Assembly (NCBI GenBank): GCA_964424305.1
Contig: CAYRHW010000002.1
Location: 2,115 to 66,114, forward strand
Source of the DNA: an uncultured Candidatus Saccharibacteria bacterium
GTDB lineage: Bacteria > Patescibacteriota > Minisyncoccia > Minisyncoccales > Staskawiczbacteraceae
Direction of reading: 5' to 3'
Length of the DNA stretch: 64,000 nt
Below are positions 23,501 through 31,068 of this stretch, piece by piece (within the stretch, counting starts at the first letter, position 1; every line of letters starts with the position of its first letter). The position numbers were made by a program, and so were the translations under genes. The notes beneath the pieces were generated by a model, which saw only the letters and a list, made by a program, of their open reading frames with translations, was not told the DNA's origin and did not search any database.

Positions 23501-26500
23501 AGTCAACTGTGCCCGAGTTGTGTGTAAATGTTCCGCCAGCTTGCAACCAATTTCCGCCAACTGATAAAGTTCCCGAGCAAGAAGTTAAAGTGCCTGCAGA
23601 TATGGCTACGTTTCCCGATACAGTAACGTTTGTGCCTTGAAGAGCCCATGCTCCGCCCGTGCCGTTGATGGCAATGTTATTAAATGTACTGCCACCCGTG
23701 GTAATTGTTTTTCCGCTGGCTGTTCCGTTAAAGGTGACTGTTCCGGTTTCTGGAACGAATGTTCCTGAGTTTGACCAGTTTCCGCCAACTGTAATTGCGC
23801 ACGCGGCTCCACTGCAGTTTGCAGGCGAAACATCTAGCGTTCCTGCTGTAATTATTAAGTCATTAGTTACGTTTAATGCGGCTCCCAAAGTAAATGTTCC
23901 TTGAGTGTTAAGCGTTAAGCTGCCTAATGTTAAAGCTCCTGCGGTGCTTCCGCCCCCGCTGGCATTGTTGTTTGTAATTGTTGTTGCGGCTCCCGTGACC
24001 GTGACTAACGTGATATCTCCGCCAGCGGTGTAAGTGTTGCCCAATCCATTGTCTAACCGTATATCAACTGTTCCTGCGCCAGCGTTTAATGTGGTGCCTC
24101 CAGCCATTGTGATTACTGCTGTTCCAGAACTCCTGTTGGCATCAACCACTCCTGTTGATGCTTTTTCGTTGGCGTAGAGTGCAAGGTTGCCATCATCGGT
24201 GGTTATATTTGCGTTAATTAGAATACTTCTTCCGGCTTGCAGGGTTAAGTTGCCCCCGTTGCCTGATCCATTACTGGCCGTAACTGCGCTACTAATTGTA
24301 ATATCATTGTTGGCTTGCAATACAACGTTGCTGCCAGTGTTTAATGTTGTGGTTAGAAATGCTGGGGTTAATGTATATGTTGCAGTTGGGTCGTAAGCGA
24401 AGGTGTAACTGCTCGGGGCAGAGGCAAATGTGTTAGAAGAGACGGAATAGACTTTTTGAGCAGTAGCTTGATAGAAAGAAACAATCGTATGGTTATTAAC
24501 TACATAATCTCTTGGAACGGCCATGCTGGCACTCGCCGTAGGGCCGATAATACTATTACTACTAGAAATTGCGCCCGCACAACCCGTAGTGCCACTGCAC
24601 AGTGTAACTTCACCTGCATTTACTGTGGCTCCATTATCCCAATTAGCATTATAAACAACATAGTTTCCATTACTGAGACCTACAGACGAGGCCGCGCCAT
24701 CACTGGTCGTTGTTCCATAAAGCGAGTTAGAACTAGAAACTATTCCGGTAGTACCAGTTGTACCATTAATAAATGTGGTGGCACCAACGTCTGTTGCTGG
24801 TGAATTATCCCAACCTCCGCTACAATTTACAAAGTTTCCATTGGCAAGAGCCAGAACGCGGGGGCTGGAGCTACCACTAGCTACAGCGCCTATAGCATCA
24901 TTCGCAGTTGCTCCATAAATAGAATTAGAAGTTGAAACTGCTTGGCCGTTGCAACTATTTGTTGTGCCATTGCACCAGACTAATGCTCCAACATTAGCGG
25001 TGGCTCCGTTGTCCCAAAACGGACTACTTACCATATAATTTCCATTAACCAAAAGAGGGGTTATATATAAACCACCATTAGCACTACCTCCCACTTGGTC
25101 ACTAGTTGTTGTTCCGTAAAGCGAATTAGAGGTTGAAACAACGCCAATGCATCCAGTTGTACCACTGCACCAGGTAACAGCTCCAGCATCTACGGTTGCA
25201 CCATTATTCCATCCTGGCATCGCTACCACATAATTGCCGTTAGTCAATGGATTAACTTGTGAGCCGGAGGCGTCGCTGGCGGTGCTCCCGTAAAGCGAAT
25301 TAGAAGTAGTTACTGAGCCGGGAGTACAACCAGTCTCGCCGTTACACAAAACAACCGCTCCAATGTCTGCCTTTCCCCCGTTGTCCCAATATGGACTACC
25401 AGTAATATAATTTCCATTAGATAGGGCCTTAATAAAATATCCAATTTGATCGCTTGTTGTGGTTCCATACAAAGAATTAGAAATGGAAACTGCTTGACCA
25501 TTGCAACTACCAGTTGCGCCATTACACCAGGTTGTTGCGCCCACATCAACAGTGGCTCCGTTGTTCCAACTATAATTAGCAACCACATAATTACCATTGG
25601 TAAGAAGAGCGGGAGGGAGACTACCAACATTATCATTAATTTGCGTGCCATAAAGCGAATTAGAAGTTGAAACCGCGCCGAAGCATCCAGTTGCACCACT
25701 ACACCAAGTAATAGCCCCAGCATTAGTCGCTGCTCCATTATCCCAATTATAGCTACTAACCACATAATTCCCATTAGTTAACGTTTTAAGAACCGCCCCT
25801 ACATTATCATTTGCGGCAGAACCGACAAGCGAATTAGAAGCAGAAACCGGCTGGCCGGCGCAACTATTTGTGGTTCCATTACACCAGGTGACAGCCCCGG
25901 CGTTAGCTACAGATCCGTTGTCCCAAATCGTTGAACTAATTGCATAATTACCATTACCTACCTCAATAACAGCAAACGTCTGCCCCTGGCCTATCCTATC
26001 GCTCGCCGTTGTTCCATAAAGTGAATTAGATGTATTCATTGTTTGGCCGGCACAGTTGTTTGTTGCGCCGTTGCACAAAATAGCACCTCCGGCATCCACC
26101 ACAGCTCCATTATCCCAATTCCAATCGCTCACAACGTAATTACCATTAGATAAAGCCAAAAACATGGTTGGCATAGAAATAGAGCCCATTTGGTCACTAT
26201 TAGTAGAGCCAACAAGAGAATTAGAAGTAGAAACCGTACCCGAGCAACCAGCTGTGCCGCTGCACCAGGTTACTGCACCAGCGTCTGTCACGGCTCCATT
26301 GTCCCAAGTTGAACTTCTAATAACATAATTCCCATTAGTTAGGGAAGAAATACTATTCGAACCAACCTGGTCGCTTGCAGTTGTACCGGTTATTGTAGAA
26401 ATTAAAGCGCCCGTTTCTCCATTAAATAAATAAACAGCTCCTGCATTACTTGCTACAAGGTCGTCGCCATAGTCCGCTACTGGCACATTCCCATTAGTAA

Positions 26501-29500
26501 TTGGCACAGCAGCAAGAGCAATTGTGGAAGACACGTTTAAAAAATTATAACCAATCTGCTGACCGTATGTTCCTGTATCCGGATTCGGGTCCACCAGCTC
26601 AAAGTAATACATGGATCCCGACGGCGCTTGGCCAGACGAAGAAATAGTAATATTCTTAGGATCAAAAAGAATTGTACCCGCTGCTCCTTTTTCTGAAGAC
26701 GCGTCGGTTTTGGCGTCCGGGGAAATAGATAAGTCTCCACTTGAAGATATTTCAATTGTTCCACCTGCTGCATCTGTGCTCTTTGCGTTGGCTAATCCAT
26801 CAAACTTTGTTGATTTATCAGACCAAACAACAATGGTTCCACCATTTCCCGTATTTCCATTTGCTTTTAATGTAGTGGTTGGAGAAATAACAGTTTCGTG
26901 AGATTGAACCATTGAACCTTGCCCGTGCATGTCACCTCCAATCTTGATTGTTCCGCCCTGGTTCTCTCCCGAAGCATTTAACTTAGAGCCGAATAGTTTA
27001 ATAAAGATTGCAGCTTCAAGGGTGATGTTGCCTCCGTTGTCTCCAGAAACGTCATACTTGCCAGATGCAAAGATGTGGCTAGCGAATCCTTTGCTTCCAT
27101 TTAAATAGATTGTATTTCCCGAAACAATACTGCTTTCGCTGTCGATGTATGCACCGCTAAAATTTAAATTGACACCCCACGCTGAAATTGTCCCCTGCTG
27201 TAGGATGTTTCTTGAGCTGATGTTGACTTGGCCGGCCGAGCAATTAGCGTCAGCGTCGAGCATAACTACGCCAGAGCTTAGGTTGATTCGCCCACCGTTG
27301 CTGCTCAATTCTCCAATAATTTCAATGCGTCCCGAGGAGTTTTCGTTGTCTTCTGAGTTTAAAGAAATGTCGCTGGTAGAATCAATGGAAGAGTTGGATA
27401 CAATAGAGTTGCCGGCGGTGATGATTAAAGAAGCGTCGTCTCCGCTGGTTTTAGCAATTGGATCGTTTAGGGTGATGTCGCCTTCTGCTTTCAGGGTGAC
27501 TGCTTTGCCTGAGTTTAGTGCCGAGTTGATATCGTCAACGTTAACGTTGCCTCCGCCAGATCCAGCTTCCCAGCCAGGAGCCTCACCGGCATTTGTTGTC
27601 GGGTCGCTACTCACAGTAAGGTTGTTTGACGGAACAGAAACGTAGTCGAAAGAGATATCACCTGAGATTTTTAAATAGAATGTTGTAGCTGGCTGAGAAA
27701 GATTGGACAGCGGAATACTATAAGAGCCCTCCTGATCAATGTTGTTTAAATTGGCAATCCATTGATTTCCATCCTGAGTGTAAACATCTATCGAATCAGA
27801 TTGTCCGTCGTAAGCGGGCTTAGTATATATATTGATAACTCCCGTGGCGTCTAGCTCCTTGCTGAAAGTGAGTTTAATATATTTGTTGTTTTCAATGGTT
27901 ATCCATTTTCCGTCTTGGATTTTTACAGAGTCATAAATATCTTCTGTAATAGTTTTGTCTTCATCAAGCTTAAATGCCTTAGAGGTGAATACGATCTTAA
28001 ATGTTTGACTGCTAGACAGGGCGGAAATCGTCCACTCTAGGTAATCTAATTTTCCGTTGTCGTCATTGTCATAGGCCTTGAAGTCAACAGCAGTATCTGT
28101 GTTGTCTGGGTTCTGTAGTTTGACTTGTATTTTGCTTTCCTGACCAACGTCGTATATCTCCGGAATGTTAGTATGGGCAACGACGTCTGTGAACAAAACT
28201 TGTTTGGCTAAGCAATCTTGGTATGCAGCTTCTTCGTCAGTCAAGGCTTCGGTGGGCGCGGTCTCCGGTTCAGTTGAGGGCGGCGTGAGCACAGAAGCAT
28301 CTGACTGACTTGTGGTATCTTGGGTAATTGTTGGTGTTTCGGTGACAGATGGTTGTTCTGTTGGGGCCGATGTCTCAGCCGGTGCGATAATTGTCTCAAC
28401 TATTTGGCTAATTGCTTGTTCTAAATCTGCAAACAAATACCTGTTTATCGTGGATAAAATATTTGACACCGCATTTGCTAGGCTGGCTATGCTGTTTTTG
28501 AAGACAAAAGAAATAGGACTGTTGCTCTTATTTGCCGGGTTTAATGATTCGCAATCAATCCCTTCTGTATTTAATGAGGAAACGGTGACCATCTTACCCG
28601 TGTCTGTTGTTTCTTGTTTTAAAATTGGGGCTGGTGTTTCGTAGGTGACTTCAACAACGTCTGTGGTTGATATTTCCGGTGCCAGTGGTATTGCCGGGGT
28701 TTCTTCCGGAGCTGACGGAACTTCTACAGCAGGAGGCGCCTCTGTTGATGTGGTTTCCGGTGCCGATATGATCTCAGTTAGCGCAGGGGCAACTTCTTCT
28801 ACCGTTGGAGTGGTTGCTTCCTCCGGGATCTGACTGGACAAATCAACCACCTTTGAGTCATCTGCGGTTGATATTTCCGGTTGAGTTATTGTTTCAATAA
28901 TTTGGCCAACACCGTCTCCTACACTGGAAAGGAAAAACTTGCTGAGGCCGGATAAAAGACTGCCGAGAAAAAAATTGGATTGTTTTGAGGCTGCAGATAG
29001 TTGTTTGCGTTCTTTTGAAGAGAGCTGCTGGGTGTTCTTTACGTTGGCCTGGGCCACAAGTGCATCAGCTTGCTGCCTAGAGATAGTTTTTATCTTGATG
29101 TTCTTTGCATTTTTGGGAAGTTTTAGCAGATACTGGGTTTTTGTGAGGTCACTTTTGTTAATCAAGATAGCTCTCTTGATGGGTTGGCCCTGGGCTACCA
29201 CTAAGATAGTCTCTGTTATCTTGGTCTGGTTGGCTTTAATAAATGCTGTCTGGTCTATCTTTGGCTTTGAAAGATTGATAAATGCAACTGTAGCAGATAA
29301 CAAAAGAAAGACCGAGAGGGCGGCATAGGAAGAGATGAGAATGATTTTCCTTTTTCGCTGTTCAAATTCCCTTAGGAGCTCGGGATTAATAAAGCTAGGA
29401 GAGGCTGATCTATTCTTTTTCTTTTTGAAAAATAGGGATTTAATAAAATGCTGGCTTTTAATAAACCCTTTCCCAAGAGAAACAAAAACACCCTTTAGTT

Positions 29501-29528
29501 TTTCTGCAATTTGTTGTTGGGTTAACAT
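17550..29528 (-). CDS. giant cell-surface protein 1 (3992 aa), multidomain with N- and C-terminal TM anchors
   Basis: A basic N-terminus is followed by a TM helix, a P/T/E-rich linker and a conserved about 150-aa domain. Next comes a pectin-lyase-like beta-helix with the FHA/TPS-like signature GGTIVVWSDKSTKFDGLANA..GGTIEISSSG...AAGTILFDPKNITI. About ten 64-aa Cys-containing repeats follow (SNSLYGTT.SD..G...LTNGNYVV....WDNGA..DAGAVTWCNGTTG.C.G). Then a DUF2341-like segment (DLYAHAQSAGQDLVFMDASG) and a LamG-like segment (LDEFRVSTTARSTGW), Ig-like modules, an FN3 domain, a Pro-rich linker, a CarboxypepD_reg-like conserved C-domain and a C-terminal TM helix. Confidence 0.85.
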   Translation of the reverse strand: MLTQQQIAEKLKGVFVSLGKGFIKSQHFIKSLFFKKKKNRSASPSFINPELLREFEQRKRKIILISSYAALSVFLLLSATVAFINLSKPKIDQTAFIKANQTKITETILVVAQGQPIKRAILINKSDLTKTQYLLKLPKNAKNIKIKTISRQQADALVAQANVKNTQQLSSKERKQLSAASKQSNFFLGSLLSGLSKFFLSSVGDGVGQIIETITQPEISTADDSKVVDLSSQIPEEATTPTVEEVAPALTEIISAPETTSTEAPPAVEVPSAPEETPAIPLAPEISTTDVVEVTYETPAPILKQETTDTGKMVTVSSLNTEGIDCESLNPANKSNSPISFVFKNSIASLANAVSNILSTINRYLFADLEQAISQIVETIIAPAETSAPTEQPSVTETPTITQDTTSQSDASVLTPPSTEPETAPTEALTDEEAAYQDCLAKQVLFTDVVAHTNIPEIYDVGQESKIQVKLQNPDNTDTAVDFKAYDNDDNGKLDYLEWTISALSSSQTFKIVFTSKAFKLDEDKTITEDIYDSVKIQDGKWITIENNKYIKLTFSKELDATGVINIYTKPAYDGQSDSIDVYTQDGNQWIANLNNIDQEGSYSIPLSNLSQPATTFYLKISGDISFDYVSVPSNNLTVSSDPTTNAGEAPGWEAGSGGGNVNVDDINSALNSGKAVTLKAEGDITLNDPIAKTSGDDASLIITAGNSIVSNSSIDSTSDISLNSEDNENSSGRIEIIGELSSNGGRINLSSGVVMLDADANCSAGQVNISSRNILQQGTISAWGVNLNFSGAYIDSESSIVSGNTIYLNGSKGFASHIFASGKYDVSGDNGGNITLEAAIFIKLFGSKLNASGENQGGTIKIGGDMHGQGSMVQSHETVISPTTTLKANGNTGNGGTIVVWSDKSTKFDGLANAKSTDAAGGTIEISSSGDLSISPDAKTDASSEKGAAGTILFDPKNITISSSGQAPSGSMYYFELVDPNPDTGTYGQQIGYNFLNVSSTIALAAVPITNGNVPVADYGDDLVASNAGAVYLFNGETGALISTITGTTASDQVGSNSISSLTNGNYVIRSSTWDNGAVTDAGAVTWCSGTAGCSGTVSTSNSLVGSTNSDQMGSISMPTMFLALSNGNYVVSDWNWDNGAVVDAGGAILCNGATNNCAGQTMNTSNSLYGTTASDRIGQGQTFAVIEVGNGNYAISSTIWDNGSVANAGAVTWCNGTTNSCAGQPVSASNSLVGSAANDNVGAVLKTLTNGNYVVSSYNWDNGAATNAGAITWCSGATGCFGAVSTSNSLYGTQINDNVGSLPPALLTNGNYVVANYSWNNGATVDVGATTWCNGATGSCNGQAVSISNSLYGTTTSDQIGYFIKALSNGNYITGSPYWDNGGKADIGAVVLCNGETGCTPGSVTTSNSLYGSTASDASGSQVNPLTNGNYVVAMPGWNNGATVDAGAVTWCSGTTGCIGVVSTSNSLYGTTTSDQVGGSANGGLYITPLLVNGNYMVSSPFWDNGATANVGALVWCNGTTNSCNGQAVSTSNSIYGATANDAIGAVASGSSSPRVLALANGNFVNCSGGWDNSPATDVGATTFINGTTGTTGIVSSSNSLYGTTTSDGAASSVGLSNGNYVVYNANWDNGATVNAGEVTLCSGTTGCAGAISSSNSIIGPTASASMAVPRDYVVNNHTIVSFYQATAQKVYSVSSNTFASAPSSYTFAYDPTATYTLTPAFLTTTLNTGSNVVLQANNDITISSAVTASNGSGNGGNLTLQAGRSILINANITTDDGNLALYANEKASTGVVDANRSSGTAVITMAGGTTLNAGAGTVDIRLDNGLGNTYTAGGDITLVTVTGAATTITNNNASGGGSTAGALTLGSLTLNTQGTFTLGAALNVTNDLIITAGTLDVSPANCSGAACAITVGGNWSNSGTFVPETGTVTFNGTASGKTITTGGSTFNNIAINGTGGAWALQGTNVTVSGNVAISAGTLTSCSGTLSVGGNWLQAGGTFTHNSGTVDFNGSGTQDVSLGSSSFNNFTHSGSSTLYSWAYKKAVTIDYTKVSSDQTNFPVLLYINGDADLYAHAQSAGQDLVFMDASGTRLTHEIEYYSRGGSSDTAYVWVKVPTLSSTADTTLYMNYGNPTCASQQNATGVWSNGYTAVYHLPNGTSLTANDSLGVNNGTVSGATATPGEIDGGGNFVSSSSQYINMGTGSSIADLVNTSGSGSVAWSFWINPTTNTSGTIAARNDGNTVSPGWWISFETGPLLRFTTERATTNARKQITAPSTGAWSYVVIEGDTHSINPTMTIYVNGVSQAVSSANTGVGTSGSDSSQTFYVGRYGAAVGGGNGFLNGILDEFRVSTTARSTGWVLTEYNNQSDQTMGSGHFVKSIGAESTNSLSAAGNLINSNGTAIAGSANISVGGSLTASGGTLAIGNKDLAVTGNSTVTGGTVTIGTSAVNGWTTADMTIGTGGTVTCSGNSKITASGNWDSSAGTFTPTSGTVYLTGTGNLSPGANNNFINLSITGSGTYTTTTTLNVGTSGVGTLTVSGATLTLDNATNLTGGVDNFVNIATTLKGNAGLLITPSANVNLPALTRDGTGRVYFQSYGATAKTITMTGNWNLAGDLYVGYWNSQGSISPMTLNTGGNSLTVNNLKLASGTGTDIGKLDLSTGTPAITINGSFSAVYGDNTINTANLGATNISIKGDWDTTKIGITPGTSAVTFNGTGTQNITSNGQLFNILTVTNASSGGVTFADQLQTAILNDITNASTLKFAAASLASPHTISTTLNISGGAGTNNITLAPSSAAVTWYILAPASTTVTNAIVSYSYAKTNHIIPSGCTDLVPGSNTNWDFDTTPPSLVSPPGVSPATLIYDNSAPTVDIANVGTCTDSGSGLNAAPYQISYSDVGTSPGTGCSGKSYTIITTWSTTHSASFIGTDGHYYCMKLECKDVANNSTAYYSANNILYDITAPTNSIGAPSASLTNTGPITYTITYGGADSISLVAGNVTLNKTGSADGSVAVSGSGTATRTVTISSITGDGTLGISIAAATASDNAGNTSLGAGPSTAFTVDNTAPNITGLSDDSTPAKSKTWTWSSSDGTATFRYLVDQTIGSSPSGSYDSTITVTQSSGNGTYYIHVQAIDPVGNPSSVTTVSAVLDNTAPTVSGVTSPLDNGNYTINQIVPVQVSFSEDVIVSGIPQLILSTSSPSTTAVDYLSGSGTNTITFNYTVASGNASTDLDYTSTTALVLNGGTIKDAVGNNAILTLASPGSTNSLGANKALVIDTTGPTLSFSNNVAAGPVISDTVTGSWGDASVKKWEYDADGVCPVSAGSYSKTDSDSINQTTVDNNTKYICLYGEDVAGNSATTASAYDINIDVTPPTLSLVADSASQITVTWTAYSNPTGTEYYGENTTDSTNSGWITTTTWISSGLVCNTSYTFTVKAKNGGAETAMSTSSVTTAGCPGGGSLPVGAYLPPSAPLTGFLVQINNGAMTTNTQDVALTLRGSSDTFRMSVSNDPNFTNAIQESYAITKQWRLSDGQGQKTVYVKFFTTYGVSSDTITATINYRIPNILTPIIDIINPPTPPITPIEPPIPPQPPVEEVVPQKAPDALSNIWDTMPTKSIERFVLQPLPKELRVLAGKFPQLDKALTEIGITKITDVEKLYGNSLSLSGLSQAIEQNVRLSGLGSPLVDPKDFTLPQGVSLDHLTLQLKERVPTDILFVRSGSGTVDKETSITMGDQGEIQQKVSVMAGKDVQLIIKPEGSVKTIKGYLIFKQKGKKETTESILKKTAASLLSPALTDGGENLEQALVVKEFYYEDADGDGIWTANVSMPVVDGEYEIISVMEYNNIKLLPKELKLVTVIDPEGYIYYQTSQGKMRIEGAKASLFWLNPETREYELWPAKNYQQINPQITDDTGRYAFLAPQGTYQLLVEAKGYSPYRGESIEVVWGNEIHQNIGLEKSFWLLRYFDWKAGIILVIVILLAINFYRDRIRELINKKGKNTP
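24500..26450 (-). repeat. intragenic tandem array of about ten 64-aa (192-bp) Cys-containing repeats in giant protein 1
   Basis: The SNSL[YV]G...TNGNY...WDNG...WCNGTTG.C.G unit is visible in the translation and as periodic DNA similarity. Confidence 0.7.
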
Positions 29529-29748
29529 TTAACTATAATTAAACAAAAATACAAAAGATGTCTTTTTTAATATTAAATAATGATATAATAAAAATGGACG
29601 TGAATCAAATTATATAATACTCCCATTGAGGCCTAGGCCTACAATTCTTCAATTTCATTAGACAAATTAAAGAAACTGAGTCATTATTGAAGAGTACACC
29701 TTGTTGATTGTTTGATAGCTCCTTAGACAAGCCAAAGGAAGGGAACGA

Positions 29749-30555
29749 ATGATGAAGAGCCGAGGGATCGCAAAATTACTATTTGCATCAGCGCATTTTC
29801 TGTTCATTATTACAATCCTGACACCATGTTTGAAAATAGAGGCGGCGATGGTCACGATACCAAATATCCCTGCATATTACTGGTACCATGGATGCACGCC
29901 CACTGCGATGGCCGCAATCCTGGGCCACTGGGATATTCAGGGATACACCAATTTGTTTAAAGCCCAAGGTAACGACCTATACCTGACGGCGAATGTACAA
30001 GACGAAATATCATCACCGGCTCATAATGCAAAATACGATTCAACCCCCGATGATCCGAACCTACCAACTCCGCCTAAGGAGAGTATCGCTGACTGGATCG
30101 GGACATCGGTTGATCCAGTCGCCTTCGGAGGAACTTATATCTACAAAACAACGGCTGGCTTCGTTGACTACGCCGCCTACAAAGGATACACCTTCCAGGC
30201 CACACGCATCCTAGCCGATGCAACCTGGACGGCCCTTATTGCCGAGGTTGATTTGGGGAGACCCATGCTATTCTATGTTGATTCCAATGGAGACGGCACG
30301 TCCGACCACACTGTCCCCGTATTCGGATACGACGACCGAGGCATTGGTGGCCAGTGGTATGCATGCTATACCACCTGGAGCGAAGACGAAGTTCCTGTCT
30401 GGAAAGAATACCAAAACCTCGCCGCTGGTAACATCTACGGGGTTTATGGCTCCACCCAGGTGATTCCTCCCCCGTTGCCAGAGCCCTCTACAATCATATT
30501 TATACTGTTAAGTTCACCGCTGATTTTTTCCAGACGCAAACCCCCACTTCATTAA
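29749..30555 (+). CDS. secreted papain-fold cysteine peptidase-like protein (C39-like) with a C-terminal sorting signal (LPEPS + hydrophobic helix + RRK)
   Basis: There is an N-terminal signal peptide. The candidate catalytic Cys lies in YWYHGCTPTAMAAILGHW (C39_2-like CGP..A.AM). The His candidate lies in DHTVPVFGYDD. The C-terminus PLPEPSTIIFILLSSPLIFSRRKPP has PEP-CTERM/LPXTG-type tripartite architecture. GC content is markedly higher than the flanks. Confidence 0.5.
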   Translation: MMKSRGIAKLLFASAHFLFIITILTPCLKIEAAMVTIPNIPAYYWYHGCTPTAMAAILGHWDIQGYTNLFKAQGNDLYLTANVQDEISSPAHNAKYDSTPDDPNLPTPPKESIADWIGTSVDPVAFGGTYIYKTTAGFVDYAAYKGYTFQATRILADATWTALIAEVDLGRPMLFYVDSNGDGTSDHTVPVFGYDDRGIGGQWYACYTTWSEDEVPVWKEYQNLAAGNIYGVYGSTQVIPPPLPEPSTIIFILLSSPLIFSRRKPPLH

Positions 30556-30639
30556 TCGTTATAATAATTAGACCCTTCCAAAGAAAACCTGAATAACTCT
30601 AGTTCGGGTTTTTTGATTATATATTCACACTTCACCAAA

Positions 30640-30672
30640 AAAGCGACGCTGGGCGTCGCTTAAATCACCCTC
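30640..30672 (-). terminator. rho-independent terminator of giant cassette 2 (AGCGACGC-cca-GCGUCGCU + U6)
   Basis: A perfect 8-bp GC-rich hairpin is followed by a T tract on the minus strand, just downstream of 30687..31055. Confidence 0.7.
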
Positions 30673-30686
30673 TACAGCAACTCTTA

Positions 30687-31055
30687 TTAATATCTAATCC
30701 TATTAATCAACAAATCCAAAAGTACCTTTACCTCCTCCCGCGCTTGAATTTCACTTCCCGCTTCTGTAAATTTTTTCCACTGATCTATAATTTCCTTATT
30801 ATTGGTTCCCCTAACAGCATTCTCGAGCTGAAGACGATCTTCAAAAGAAACGTCTGTAGTGGCTTTAATCACCTTGGTAACAAATAGTTTAGTAAAATCT
30901 AATATCGCGTCATTCTGCTGATAGACTAGATTAAGAGCTCTATACGTCTGCGCATCTTTATAATAAATATAACACTGTCCACTAAGGATAATAATAATTC
31001 CGACAAGAGCAATAATAGAGATTAATAGGACAGTACGTTTGTTTATATTTATCAT
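30687..31055 (-). CDS. small membrane-anchored protein, giant-protein-associated family (copy 2)
   Basis: There is an N-terminal TM helix and FTKLF...SFEDRLQLENAVRG...IIDQWKKF...LLDLLINRIRY. It lies 13 bp downstream of giant gene 2. Confidence 0.6.
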   Translation of the reverse strand: MININKRTVLLISIIALVGIIIILSGQCYIYYKDAQTYRALNLVYQQNDAILDFTKLFVTKVIKATTDVSFEDRLQLENAVRGTNNKEIIDQWKKFTEAGSEIQAREEVKVLLDLLINRIRY

Positions 31056-31068
31056 AAAAATTTATAAA

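Noticed and set aside
16813-31055. Polymorphic toxin/immunity (CdiA-CT/CdiI-like) reading of the giant plus small protein pairs
   Set aside because: The C-terminal module of the two giants is conserved rather than variable and ends in a TM anchor, not a toxin domain after a VENN/PT-like demarcation. This is kept only as a weak alternative inside the main finding.
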